Part shown: piece after piece, positions 39,784 to 52,775 of the stretch
How positions within the stretch are numbered: the first letter of the stretch is position 1
How the letters are laid out: each line of letters opens with the position of its first letter
Origin: Eledone cirrhosa
Lineage: Eukaryota
Assembly: GCA_964016885.1 (NCBI GenBank)
Contig: OZ024741.1
Span: 153,078,001-153,142,000, forward strand
Reading direction: 5' to 3'
Length of the DNA stretch: 64,000 nucleotides
The notes under the pieces: generated by a model
The model's database searches: none
Seen by the model: the letters and a program-made list of their open reading frames with translations, nothing else
What the model was told of the DNA's origin: nothing
Position numbers and translations under genes: made by a program

Positions 39784-41211
39784 TTAATTGTAAGTTGTGA
39801 TGTTGCTGTTCCACTCATATTTTCTATTTAATTTTGGTTGTAATTCTTTTATGTTTATTGCCTCTGTAATTTGTCTAAACATTGCGTCTTTTCTGTGTGT
39901 AGATTCTATTTTTATTTCTATGTTCTCTAATTTACCCTTGTGTTCTATTTTAGCATGTTGGTAGAGTACAGATGATTCTTTACTATCTTGAAGGTCTCGC
40001 CAATGTTCATTTATCCGTTCCCCTACACTACGAGCTGTCTCACCTATGTACACTATATTTTTGTCTCTACATTGTCCTTCGGTACATCTTATGCTATACA
40101 CTACATTTCTAGTTTTACAGTTAATATGGGGGCTTATTTTACAGGTTATACATTTCTTATCTATACATGAGGGTCTTTGAAAAGGGTATGTCTTGCTAAT
40201 GTGTGTTTTTACGGAGGTACCTGGTCTTTCTACTATCTTAATATTGAGTTTATGTTTATTTAGGGCCCTTCTAAATTTGTAAGCTAATTCACCTCTAGGG
40301 GTTGTATCGATGAACATTACACTCTGGTATTTATTGCTATCATACCATGAGTTTATTCTATTAGCCTTGTTCCTAGTTCTTTCTATTCTATTCCAAAATT
40401 TGCTCCTATACAAGGGGCAGGTCCCATTTATGTCATTATTTACCATTTTTTCCCATTTGGTTCTGGCTCCTCTATACACTCTGATTTTATCTCTCTGATT
40501 GTAGCCAGAGAACTGCATACGGTAGATGAAGTGTTGTATGTATCTCTCTAGTTCTTCGGGGTTGCACATGCGGGACACGTTTCTCATCACCCGTACCAAA
40601 TCCGCAATCAGTATGTTGATTTTGGTATGGTCCGAAACGGCCGAGTTTCGGTGGATCAGATGTTTGGAAGTCATGGGTTTGGCATAATGGGAATGGAGGA
40701 TTTGTTTTTTATTATTAATGGTATCTAACCAGAGCTCTGTGTCTAGTACAGGTAATCGATGGTTGGGGTGTTTACTTGGGTAGTCTATAGTAACTCTAAT
40801 GCTCTGGTGGATGGAGTTAGCTATTTGCTGGATGCTTTCCATTGTGTTTTTCTCTAGTTCCTGACTGTTCTCTAGTGGGGGTGTCTTAACTACGATGTTT
40901 ATATCATCAACGTAGCGGGAGTACATTATCAGGGTTAAGGGGTCTTCTAATTGTTCTTTAAGTTTAAGTCTACTGTCCCACCATACCATGAATAAGTTAG
41001 CTATGTCGCCTGCAATGCTAACACCAATGGCTGCTCCTTCCTCTTGGGCATATGTTTTTCCATTAAATTTGAACATATGTTCCTTAAGGGTTAGTTTTAT
41101 GCTGGCCCCTACCGCATGTGCAATCATTTTCTTCAGTTCATCGTGGTTTTCGGGTGTCCGTATGGCTCTGGTCCACCCTTTCCATCTATCTGTGTGGGTT
41201 TTCTTGGCCAT
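39784..41211 (-). CDS. Penelope-like reverse transcriptase C-terminal half plus GIY-YIG endonuclease (5'-truncated, frame open)
   Basis: QEEGAAIG..A.LFM, RYVDDI, LPVLDT, CIDKKCITC linker, VVYSIRC...YIGET..R..EH..H..H. Confidence 0.9.
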   Translation of the reverse strand: MAKKTHTDRWKGWTRAIRTPENHDELKKMIAHAVGASIKLTLKEHMFKFNGKTYAQEEGAAIGVSIAGDIANLFMVWWDSRLKLKEQLEDPLTLIMYSRYVDDINIVVKTPPLENSQELEKNTMESIQQIANSIHQSIRVTIDYPSKHPNHRLPVLDTELWLDTINNKKQILHSHYAKPMTSKHLIHRNSAVSDHTKINILIADLVRVMRNVSRMCNPEELERYIQHFIYRMQFSGYNQRDKIRVYRGARTKWEKMVNNDINGTCPLYRSKFWNRIERTRNKANRINSWYDSNKYQSVMFIDTTPRGELAYKFRRALNKHKLNIKIVERPGTSVKTHISKTYPFQRPSCIDKKCITCKISPHINCKTRNVVYSIRCTEGQCRDKNIVYIGETARSVGERINEHWRDLQDSKESSVLYQHAKIEHKGKLENIEIKIESTHRKDAMFRQITEAINIKELQPKLNRKYEWNSNITTYN

Positions 41212-41232
41212 TGAGGTAATGGTAGGTGGTCT

Positions 41233-42465
41233 GCGACATAGCTAACTTATTCATGGTATGGTGGGACAGTAGACTTAAACTTAAACTTAAAGAACAATTA
41301 GAAGACCCCTTAACCCTGATAATGTACTCCCGCTACGCTGATGATATAAACATCGTAGTTAAGACACCCCCACTAGAGAACAGTCAGGAACTAGAGAAAA
41401 ACACAATGGAAAGCATCCAGCAAATAGCTAACTCCATCCACCAGAGCATTAGAGTTACTATAGACTACCCAAGTAAACACCCCAACCATCGATTACCTGT
41501 ACTAGACACAGAGCTCTGGTTAGATACCATTAATAATAAAAAAACAAATCCTCCATTCCCATTATGCCAAACCCATGACTTCCAAACATCTGATCCACCG
41601 AAACTCGGCCGTTTCGGACCATACCAACATCAACATACTGATTGCGGATTTGGTACGGGTGATGAGAAACGTGTCCCGCATGTGCAACCCCGAAGAACTA
41701 GAGAGACACATACAACACTTCATCCACCGTATGCAGTTCTCTGGCTACAATCAGAGAGATAAAATCAGAGTGTATAGAGGAGCCAGAACCAAATGGGAAA
41801 AAATGGTAAATAATGACATAAATGGGACCTGCCCCTTGTATAGGAGCACATTTTGGAATAGAATAGAAAGAACTAGGAACAAGGCTAATAGAATAAACTC
41901 ATGGTATGATAGCAATAAATACCAGAGTGTAATGTTCATCGATACAACCCCTAGAGGTGAATTAGCTTACAAATTTAGAAGGGCCCTAAATAAACATAAA
42001 CTCAATATTAAGATAGTAGAAAGACCAGGTACCTCCGTAAAAACACTCATTAGCAAGACATACCCTTTTCAAAGACCCTCATGTATAGATAAGAAATGTA
42101 TAACCTGTAAAATAAGCCCCCATATTAACTGTAAAACTAGAAATGTAGTGTATAGCATAAGATGTACCGAAGGACAATGTAGAGACAAAAATATAGTGTA
42201 CATAGGTGAGACAGCTCGTAGTGTAGGGGAACGGATAAATGAACACTGGCGAGACCTTCAAGATAGTAAAGAATCATCTGTACTCTACCAACATGCTAAA
42301 ATAGAACACAAGGGTAAATTAGAGAACATAGAAATAAAAATAGAATCTACACACAGAAAAGACGCAATGTTTAGACAAATTACAGAGGCAATAAACATAA
42401 AAGAATTACAACCAAAATTAAATAGAAAATATGAGTGGAACAGCAACATCACAACTTACAATTAA
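41233..42465 (+). pseudogene. Penelope-like RT/GIY-YIG ORF, frameshifted in the A-run near 41540
   Basis: ORFs 41226-41762 and 41575-42465 together match the minus-strand ORF; RYADD in place of RYVDD. Confidence 0.9.
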
Positions 42466-42666
42466 GGACAAAATGAAAACACACACACACATAGAACAAA
42501 CAACCAACCAGTAACATGTAAATAAACAAATAAATAAATGAACATAAACACACACAGACACCCGGATGTGGCGCATGCGCAGACTGAGCACACAACACAC
42601 ACACAGAAACAAAATGGCGTAGGACAGAACAAAGGAGAGGCACAGAAACAAAGCAAGGAATCCCCA

Positions 42667-42709
42667 GTCACTGAAGAGGTCACAGAGTGTGTGACGAAAG
42701 AACTATGAC
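42667..42709 (+). ncRNA. Minimal type I hammerhead in PLE pLTR
   Basis: GTCA-CTGAAGA-g-GTCACA/TGTGAC-GAAA-GAACT-A|TGAC. Confidence 0.8.
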
Positions 42710-42920
42710 AATATATAAACAACTATCTGGTTGTGGAACCAACCAACCAACCAGAAATTTATAAATTTATAAATTTATTATAAATTTATTATAATAAATT
42801 GAAGTGAAAGCAACTGGTGCGTGTGTTTCTTATTGGCAACATGACCCTCCCAAAGTATAACAATATCGGTTTCAACACACGATTTCAGATAAAGAATCTT
42901 GCTAAACAAATTCAAAAACG

Positions 42921-42999
<79 letters not shown>

Positions 43000-43239
43000 C
43001 GACAGTTCGATAGTATTAACAATTGGAAAGACCAATGGAAACATTGTTTCCTCGGTCCGATTTGACCAAAGTCGATCGACTGTCGATATATTTTTTTTTC
43101 TTTTATGTGGGTGTTATTTTTGTATGTATGTACTTACCTTTTTCTATTCTATACTTTTTAAATTTTATTTTATTCATTTTTTTCTATCGATTTTGTATAT
43201 TCAGGTATATTTCTATATTTTATGAGGAAATAGATTAAT

Positions 43240-43536
43240 TTTTTTATGTGTATTTATGTATGTGTGTATATATGTGTGTATATATATGTGAGTGTGTGTG
43301 TGTGCGTTGGTTTGTGGGTGTAAATATGTATTTATTTTTACTTTACTGTGTATATGTGAATATACATAGCCATATATATGTGTTAGGTATGCATTTATGT
43401 CTTTATTGTTTATGTATGTGTTTATATTTATGAATACAGGTATGAGTGTGTGTATATGTATGTGGGTGTATATATGTATGTGCATGTATGTATGTGTTTT
43501 CTTTTTGTTTTTTGTATGTGTAGGTATATGTGTATT

Positions 43537-43583
<47 letters not shown>

Positions 43584-43900
43584 TTGTGTGTATATGTATA
43601 GCTCTATATATATATGTTTATATATGTATATATGTATATTTATATATATGTATATGCATGTATATATATATGTGTGTGTATGTGTATATGTGCGTATGTA
43701 TTTGTATGTGGTTATGTATGTTATATATGTACGTGTATGTGGGTGTATATCTATATATACGTGTGTGTATGTATGTATGTATGTATGTATGTATGTATGT
43801 AGATGCGAGTGTATGTACATATTAAGTATGTTTATATGTATATTTGTATATGTGTATATATGTGTGTGTGTGTGTGTATGTATATGTATACGTATATGTC
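43240..43900. repeat. Degenerate (TA)/(TG)/(TATG) microsatellite region
   Basis: Direct. Confidence 0.9.
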
Positions 43901-44444
43901 TTTATTTTTTCCTTCTTATCTTTTATAATAGTTTTTATCAAGTTTATATTCCTCTTTTTATATTTATCATCTATTAATTTTTTTTCTTTCTTTTATAAGT
44001 TTGAGTGGTTTGACGTTATATTTCTGTAGTTGGACAATAGATTTTCGATGTAATATGACGTCATTTCGAATTTTTTAATGTAAACAATTTCTTTGACTGC
44101 TGGCTGTCGAATGTTTAGGTGAGGTTATAATGAGGTTCTTTAATCTTAAATAACTGATTTTGAAAAGTCTCAGGGAGGGATGAAACGTTCGTAAATCAAT
44201 ATTTAATGTAACGTGTTTGGTGTCTATTTTAATGAATAATTTGCTTCATATTTTTAGCACAATAGCATTTTGTATGCATGCTTTTTTTGAAAATTATTTC
44301 AAAGAAGTATGAAAAGTAGCCTTTTGCACTGCTTTTTATAATAAATTACTCTATTTTAGGCTGTTTTTATCTTCTCCATCTATGTTTCTAATTCTTTATA
44401 TTGTTTTTGTAAAAAAACGATATCTATTTCATATGTATGTGTGT

Positions 44445-44985
44445 GGCAGGGAAAGTTGGCGCGGAGGAAACAGGTGGTGAGGGTTGTTAGCGACTGGAGT
44501 ACTCGGGCCTGCTTCTGCAGCGTGAGACGAGATGAAGTCTCTGAGGTGACCGGGGCGCAGACCATCCATTCCGCCATTGCTGTTTCCTGGGGAAGATCTC
44601 AGGGCAGCCACTACGTCCTCACTGGACGCAACCAGGGAAAGGTTGCTGGCCGGGGCTGGAAGGTCCCTGATGTCGGCTGGGGAATCCGGGTGTTTTTGGC
44701 GAAGCGTTGATATGACATCCGGTGTGGGCCGGAATACAGTGTCGCTCGAGGCCAGCACACGTACCACCGCTGAAACGTCGCCCTCAATTAGTTTGAGGTT
44801 CACTCTGTCCCGGAGATATTTCGTGCAATTGGAAGTGGATTGCGGGCGCAGTGTCGGCACTGGTGAATAACACGAGAGGGCCGAGTGCCTCGCAGGCGAA
44901 GGATCACAGAAAGAAGCGATATTGCCCTTGAGCCTCGAAGTCAGGTAGAGGTCTGATATCTCTCTCGCTGTCGGGTTCCCTATCA
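44445..44985 (-). pseudogene. CRE-like non-LTR retrotransposon fragment (region just before RT)
   Basis: EGDVSAVVRVLASS...LRQKHP...VVAALRS..GNSNGGMDGLRPGHLRD; GC-rich island. Confidence 0.7.
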
Positions 44986-45171
44986 ACGGCCTTACTTTTC
45001 CGCATTTAGCTATAAAAATCAAATCTTTTGAATTAGACGAGACAAAACTTAGGCTGTATGAGAATGAACATTTTTATCTTATTCCTTTTCATTCTCATAC
45101 AGCCTAAGTTTTGACTTGTTTAAATCAAGAGATTTGATTTTTATATCTAAATGAGGAAAAGTAAAGCCGTT
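44986..45171. repeat. Diverged inverted repeat, arms about 83 bp
   Basis: CAAAACTTAGGCTGTATGAGAATGAA / TTCATTCTCATACAGCCTAAGTTTTG core. Confidence 0.8.
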
Positions 45172-47559
45172 TAAACCGAGTTTCAATGATGTTGTACGTA
45201 ATTATTTAAGTCAGGAAAAATGCTTGACTTAATGCAAAAGTCAGCGTCTAGTTGTTTGTCAGAGCAAAAGGATAGGTGACACAAGTTATAAAAATAAAAT
45301 CATTCACTTGAAATCACTTTATATAAAGTTAACTTTATATAAAGTTCTATTAAGTCAGAGAAAATTGCGTTTAAACCCAATCGTTTCTTTTTTCTAACTT
45401 TTATCGAGGCAAAAATTAAGGAGTATCAACTAGCTGTGGTAAATTGTGATATACGGTGTTCGCGACAGAGAAAAAGTGTTGAGACATGTCTGGAAAGAAA
45501 AGAAAACAGTTGTCATTGTTGGATTTCTAATTCAATCGATCAAAGAAAAAATCACCAGACACACAAGAAATATTAACAATGTCAGTAAATTCGATTGATA
45601 TATTTTTCAAAGACACGTTTACGTTCACATTGTTAATTTTCGCTTTATTTTTGTATATTTCCACCACACAGACTATGGTCGACTTAAATTATAGAATCTT
45701 TTACGGAGGTGGTGATAATGCTCATATTTGAAGTCTGTAACAGTGGCTGAAAATGTTCATGTACCCTTACTAAGAATACATACGAAGTTAGTATCATGGT
45801 TTAATCAAACTTACTAGATACAAATTTCAAAAAAGCTTTAACATTATTTTCGAATTTCCTTCGTTGATAATTCAAAAGCTTTCTGGTGAATTTAAAAAAA
45901 AAATTGTTTCGGGTTACATTTTTTCGCTTGTATATGAAATATAATATGTGCTTTTAGTTTTTTTTTAATTTAAGACGTCAGCTTGATTTTGGTTATGGAA
46001 CTCATTGCAATGCACACGAATTTTAACAACATTTTTATATCTTTTATTTAATTAAAACGGTTGCCGTAAAATAATCGCTTGGTATACATGAATCTTTTAT
46101 ATGCTCTTTGATCTAACAGATATCATAACAAAGAGGCTCTGGCACTTATTCCGTATTGTGCAAATATAGCACTCATTTTGAAAGTTTTGTGAAACATTGT
46201 TTTTTAACCCTTTAGCATTTACATATTTACTATTATATTTTCATGGTAAAGGCTTTACTTCACATAATTATTTTCACATAATCTCGAATCTGTGAGATTT
46301 TGATATTATTTAATTTGAGAACAATGTTTTAACATCAGTATGAGTGGTCAGTTACAGCCGGTTTGAACAGAAAGAGGTGGGAGAGTTCTGGCCGGATACA
46401 GCCAGTTTAAATACTAAATGACTTTAAGTTCGTTACACTAGACTAACACAAGTATATATTCAGAACCTCCCCTAAGAAGTTTTGTCACAAAGTCACATAC
46501 CATATCGGGTTTCGACAGAATGGCACTTATTTATTTCATCAGGAATTAAGGTGATATATTTCCCTTTCAAAACAAAAGGAGTTCTATGAAAGCACAACCA
46601 TTATTGGATCACACATTTTATAGGTAGCATTTCATTTACCTATTTTAGTGTCACCAAACAAGCTCATTCTTCGGAACAACACCGAACCACAGACTCGAAG
46701 GAAAATTGCTTAACAGCTACTACAAATGATACGGACGCTATTGTTCATGTGAAAGCGGAAAAAGAACATTCGACAGCCAGATCTGAAAATCCGTGTTTGT
46801 CTGAGTCTCGATTAAGAGGTAATTCAATTTTCGACTGAGCATTTACTTAATGCAATGTATCGCTAGTGATCGCACTATCTTTATCCATGATGTAGGAAGA
46901 GTCTATGCATGACACATTGAATTCGATGGCCTTTCTATTATATATTTGGCCTGAAGGCCTTTATGTGATTTTCAAGTAGGCCTTCGGTTCTGGAGGCCAA
47001 TTACATGATAGCAAGGTCATAGGACCCAGTTGGCAAGATTCCCGGACATTTACCAGACAAACATATCCCGACTGCCAGGGCCCCCAAGAGAAATTTTGCA
47101 ATGCGGTACAGGACCAGTTTGGAGCCCAAAGCAGGCAAAGATTTTTCTCAAAATGGTAGTTGCATGGTTGCTGTGGGGCCTTCTTAGCTCTTGGGCCCCG
47201 GAACAATGTACCATCTTAACCCCCTCTCATAGACCCTGCCGACTGCTAGATTCCCGACGGCTTCTTCCACAACAGACATTTCTCCACTAGTACAGACAAG
47301 TCTCATAACAAGTTTCAAATTATATGTTGAAATTTCTAATGTACAAAGTTTCTTATTAATTTCAATTTATTGCCATTTATTGCACTTCATTGTAAAGCTG
47401 GGTAAAATACAATGATTACAATTATATATTTTTTGCTTTGATAAAAGAACAAATCAATAGTAAAACATTAGCACCTGGTCTACTTTTGTTTTAGGGCAGT
47501 GTGAGGTGGATGGAGGAAGAGGTTCTGCAATCCACAAATGTCAGCCATCAAATTTCAAT

Positions 47560-48950
47560 TAACCGAAAAGATTATTTGGGAAACGAGAGAGGTCTTTCAA
47601 CCTAGCATGGTACAATAATTTTCCTTGGTTGCATTACTGTATTGCAAATGATACCGCATTGTGCCACACATGCATGAATCAATACAATCAAAGGAATTTC
47701 AAAATATCCACAACACTTGGAATGATTTTTATTGAGAACGGTTTCAGCAATTGGAAAAAAGCCACCGAAAAATTTAAAGAGCACGAAAATCTCATTGTCA
47801 TCAAGAAGCATTTAATGTTTCAACGATTCCCAAGAAGAACATGAACATACATGAAATGCTTGACGAGATTTTGGCACAAGAAAAGTTTTAAAATCGCCAA
47901 ATGTTTTTAGGAATCTTAGAGAGTATACGTTTTCTGGCTAGGCAGGGTCTTGCACTACGAGAGCATAATGACTCGCAACTTATGATCTCAAAAGCCAGAG
48001 GTAACAGCAGAATTAATGTTTGGCTAGAGACGAAGAAGGGTAAATTTACCGATCACGCTATACAAAAGGAATGCCTCAAAATAATGGCGTTGCCAATATT
48101 GAGAGACATCGCAAAAGATGTACAAAATGGCGTCTTTTACACGATTATGGCTGATGAGGTAACAGATGCAGCTAATCATGAGCAATTTGTCTTATGTTTC
48201 CGGTGAGTAGATAACAATTTAAATCCACATAAGGAGTTCATAGGCATGTAGGTCGTGCCAAACATAGCCGCTGACACTCTTGTTGCTGCCATCCGAGCTG
48301 TGCTGATACGAATGCATATATCCATAAATAATTGCAAGGGACAGTGCTATATGGTAGGAGCTAGATATGGGGTCGCAACTCAAATTAAAAATGAGGAATC
48401 ACGAGAAATTCTCACGCCTTGCTATGGACATGTTCTTTAACTACCTGTTGACAATAATGTGAAAGGTATCAAACTTTCAAGTGACATCCTTGAAACCACA
48501 TACGAAATGTCTAAGCTCTTGAAGTTTTCACCCAAAACGTGGTGAATTATTCGAAGATTTAAAAAAAAAAGGTCTTGAATCCCAGGTCTGATACCCCAAG
48601 TTTTCGCACTCTGTGTCCGACTCGTTGGACTGTTTGTACAGCCTCTTTACAAAGCGTTTTGGATAATTAGGATGTATTCAGGGAGCTGTGGTCTCAAATA
48701 CTGAACTTGATGCTGATGTTAAAACGCATGTCATGGGGCTTGAGATATCAAATGAACACATTCGATTACTTTCTTGGAGTGAACCTGTGGTTTTGCGTAA
48801 TAAGACAGTGTGATAATTTATCAAAAACAATTCAACGACCCACAATGCCAACTGGGGATTGTCAATCTGTTGCTGAGTTAACCATTCAGACATTTCAGAA
48901 AGTTCATAGTGATGAAACATTTGATTTGTTTTGGCAAAATGTGTAAGAAA
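47560..48950 (+). pseudogene. Degenerate hAT transposase (TTF zinc finger plus DUF4371, ZMYM1-like)
   Basis: RSFNLAWYNNFPWLHY..ALCHTC, GFSNWKKA..F..HE, FLARQGLALR, IMADEVTDAANHEQ, LCPTRWT; many stops and frameshifts. Confidence 0.88.
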
Positions 48951-49142
48951 AAGAAATTGAACCACCTAACCAGAGTTAGAGGTCAAGTTGATATAAATTT
49001 ACATTCCTCCACTCCTAACATCAAATTCTACTACTATTATTCTATCAACTTGACCTCTAACTCTTTTCTATTGGCCAATTCAAAACCTGTTCCCAAACAG
49101 ACTTTTTGTATTAATACTTTGTTTCTTTCAATAAACATACTT

Positions 49143-49286
49143 CATCATTTCTGAAGATGGCATATATAGGTGAAGGTATGTATATCTCCTCTGATAATTT
49201 GTAATATTTTTTTTACATAGATCTTTAATATGATATACATACCAACACACACACATATATATCCCAGAAACGATCGTAAAATGATG
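49143..49286 (+). ncRNA. Type I hammerhead with about 110-nt stem II insertion
   Basis: CATCATTT-CTGAAGA-TGG...CCA-GAAA-CGATCGT-A|AAATGATG; 8-bp stem I; element begins with a 22-bp inverted repeat (48972-48993 / 49043-49064). Confidence 0.8.
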
Positions 49287-49654
49287 ATTTTTTTAATATA
49301 AGGAACCTGTTCTTTGTTTTTATTTCATTGTTTTTATTAATTTATCTTGACTTTGTTTTCCTATGATTTTTATCGTTAAATTTTGAATGCATTTTCTCTT
49401 TTCATGATATCTTCTATATTTGGATTACATTGAGTTCTTCATACGGATTGGACACTACCGTTTATTTTGGTAGATTTATCTACATATATCTATATATATA
49501 TACATATATATATGTGTGTGTAGAGGTTATATTTAATTTGTTGGGATACAACACGCAAAATATTTTTATAACTGATATAAAGCACTCAACAAATTATTGG
49601 AGTAAATATACAATATATTAACAAATGGAAACTATATTTATAAAACCATATTTA

Positions 49655-49716
49655 TTTCATTATACATATTTCAAGGGCCACCAGAGCAAACTATGGTGCG
49701 CTTTCATCAGATAAAA
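49655..49716 (-). ncRNA. Type I hammerhead ribozyme
   Basis: Reverse complement of 49789-49850. Confidence 0.78.
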
Positions 49717-49788
49717 ATCTCCAGAATGGTTGCATTTTTTAAGGGTATGTCAATATTTATTTATAAAACTAACCTATATTATATTATA

Positions 49789-49850
49789 TTTTATCTGATG
49801 AAAGCGCACCATAGTTTGCTCTGGTGGCCCTTGAAATATGTATAATGAAA
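49789..49850 (+). ncRNA. Type I hammerhead ribozyme
   Basis: TTTTAT-CTGATGA-AAG..CACCA...TGGTG..CTT-GAAA-TATGTAT-A|ATGAAA. Confidence 0.78.
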
Positions 49851-50031
49851 TAAATATGGTTTTATAAATATAGTTTCCATTTGTTAATATATTGCGTATA
49901 TATATATATATGTATACATATATATATATCTGTTTCTCGACCGTTATATCGCGTGACTATCTCCCCCTCCGCCTTTTGGGATTCTTTCTCACGTCGTGTA
50001 GACGCGTTCTTGAGACTAGTAAAATGAGGTA

Positions 50032-50119
50032 TCCTCTTGATAAGTCGGCAGACCTCGCAAGGACTCTATATCTTTGATATATTGTTTTTGTTTATGCCAC
50101 GAAACTACGTAGTCGAGGA
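50032..50119 (+). ncRNA. Type I hammerhead, U3-A8 core variant
   Basis: TCCTC-TTGATAA-GTcGGCA...TGCCAC-GAAA-CTACGTAGT-C|GAGGA. Confidence 0.8.
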
Positions 50120-50622
50120 ATTTAGGAACAGTTTAGGTATGATACATTTTATTACTAATTATATCTAAATGTTTCTTCTCTCTTCATAATGTATTTTTAA
50201 CTCTGATACTGGTTCAGTCTGGTTCAAACTGAATTGGTCTGTCCCAGTCATTCATTGAGCAACATCGGTGAAGTTGGCACCCTTAACTCACAGTTGGGTG
50301 CGGATGCATTCATGTATATATGTGTGTGTCCGCATGTATCTGTGTGTTTCTAAATATATTAATAACTCCCTCTGGTCGAGCAATCTTTGAAGTGTGGGGA
50401 CAACTGGAAAGCTTCCATTACTCATACTTCTCGCCTTCTTCACTACCTCTTCTACGGCCTCGATATGAATACCCCCTCCGCCTCCGTGGTATTTTCTTCG
50501 TGGTTATAAGAGGCTTAGCTCTGTTTCTCGACCGTTATATCGCGTGACTATCTCCCCCTCCGCCTTTTGGGATTCTTTCTCACGTCGTGTAGACGCGTTC
50601 TTGAGACTAGTAAAATGAGGTA

Positions 50623-50710
50623 TCCTCTTGATAAGTCGGCAGACCTCGCAAGGACTCTATATCTTTGATATATTGTTTTTGTTTATGCCACGAAACTACG
50701 TAGTCGAGGA
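50623..50710 (+). ncRNA. Type I hammerhead, U3-A8 core variant, copy 2
   Basis: Identical to 50032-50119. Confidence 0.8.
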
Positions 50711-50779
50711 ATTTAGGAACAGTTTAGGTATGATACATTTTATTATTAATTATATCTAAATGTTTCTTCTCTCTTCATA

Positions 50780-50879
<100 letters not shown>

Positions 50880-50989
50880 ATATATATATGTGTGTGTATT
50901 CTGAATATCACTTATTTCACCATAAATTGATATATAAAGATGGCGTCTAAATATCCCACGGCGAATATTATTATTATTATAAATTGTTA

Positions 50990-51745
50990 TTGGGCAGGTA
51001 ATTGGCAAAATCATTAAAACATCGGATAAATGGTTAGCAGTATGTGTTCCGGGTCTATACTTTCTGAGTTCAAATCCCGCCGAGGTTAAATTTGCCTTTC
51101 ATCCTTACGGGGTCGATAAAATAAATCACCAGTAATGCACTGGGGTCGGTCGATTTGGTCGACTTTCCCCTCTCCCCAAATTGCTGGCCTTGTGCCTATA
51201 GTAGAAAAGTATCGGTAGAGAATCGGACGCCATGCTTTGCAGCATAGTGTTACGGCCCTTTATGATCTGAGTTCAAATCCCGCCAAGGTTAACTTTGCCT
51301 TTCATCCTTACGGGGTCGATAAAATAAAGTACCAGTAATGCACTGAGATAATTGCTGGTCTTGTGCCAAAAGTAGAAATAATTATTAAGGGCGGTAGTTT
51401 GGCAGTATCGAGAGTGTCGGAGAGTTACGCTGCATAGAGTTACGTCCCTTTACGTTTTCAGTTCAAATCCCGCTGAGGTTAGCTTTATCTACGGGGTCGA
51501 TAAATTAAAGTACCAGTAACGCACTGGAGTTGATTTAATCGACATTCCACTCCCCCAAAACTTTTGGCATCGTGCCTAAATTAGAAACCATTCTTTCCAG
51601 CATAGTTACGTCTCTTTACGATCTGAGTTCAAATCCCGCCGAGGTTAACTTTGCCTTTCATCCTTACGGGGTCGATAAAATAAAGTACCAGTAATGTACT
51701 TGGTAATTGCTGGCCTTGTGCCAAATGTAGAAACAATTATTATTA
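50990..51745 (+). mobile_element. Four tandem tRNA-derived SINE copies; further fragment at 51950-52030
   Basis: GTTCAAATCCCGC plus body near 51068, 51270, 51460 and 51627. Confidence 0.9.
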
Positions 51746-52775
51746 ATTGTTGTCGTTGTTATTGCTGTTATAGTTGTTAAACAACTACATTGATAACAGT
51801 GTGATCACCGTTCTCTTCTGAATATATCAACGTTGTAATGTCTTTCATTCTTTGTCCTTGTGTCAAATATACAACCCCTTATATTTAATGTCCTATCATC
51901 CACCCCTTTGCGGCAAGTAAAAATTTATAATCTTCATAATCATAATACTTTATGGGGTCGATAAAATAAAGTACCAGTAATACACTGGGATAATTGCTGG
52001 CCTTGTGCCAAAAGTAGAAACAATTATTATAACTGATTTGTATGTAGTAACTAGAATAATTAATTACACCCTTCGATATGCTAGAAATAGATACCAAAAT
52101 CTTCTTCGAATCACACATCCTTACCGTCTTTAGAATGAAAGTGGACACATTAGATAATGTAGTCCCTCGAGAATACCTAAAGTTTTCGTGCAAGCAGCCT
52201 TCTGCATGCGCGCGAGTGAGTGTGTGTGTGCGTGTATGTGTGTGTAATTGTAAGTTTGTATAAGCAAGATGCGTAAAGCCCCCCTCGCCCCATTGCTTTC
52301 ACTGTAACAACAAGAGAGAGAAGTAAAGTGGAAGAAGGAAGAAGGAAGACAAGAAGGAAGAACGATAGAGAAATTGTGGTGGAAAGCAGTAGGCACACAC
52401 ACACACACACACAGACACACACACACGTGTTTGTGTATGTGTAAGTATGTGAATGAGATAAGAGCAATAGCAGCAGTTAATACTATTGCTACTATCACCA
52501 CTCCTCCCACGGCTGTTTCTATTACTATCACTACCACCCTTACTATTACTATGACCACCGCTACCACTACCACCATCACTCAACCGACAACAGCCATTTC
52601 TTACGAAGTGAGAGATCGCTCAGGCTTGTACCCCCGATCTCGGGACGTTAGGAAATATATAGTAGATACAAATATGAAGGGTGTAAATAGTTGAAGGGGA
52701 AATTAAGCAAACCAAGCCCCATTTACCCTACAAAAAAAAGGAGGGGGGTTTCGAACCCCCTACTAAAAACAAAAA

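Larger units (their letters stand above)
39385..42922. mobile_element. Head-to-head inverted pair of 5'-truncated Penelope-like retroelements, arms about 1.6 kb
   Basis: 39385-41009 is the reverse complement of 41233-42865; spacer is extra upstream RT sequence; both outer ends run into (TA)n. Confidence 0.95.
49614..49892. mobile_element. Fold-back element (49614-49716 / 49789-49892), hammerhead in each arm
   Basis: Perfect arms of about 103 bp. Confidence 0.88.

Noticed and set aside
46960-47240. hAT terminal or subterminal repeats (GGGCCCC motifs)
   Set aside because: No matching TIR pair or 8-bp TSD could be identified
47560-48950. Functional ZMYM1-like host gene
   Set aside because: Multiple stops and frameshifts; better explained as a hAT relic
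51060-51090. tRNA genes at GTTCAAATCCC motifs
   Set aside because: These are SINE heads with no complete cloverleaf
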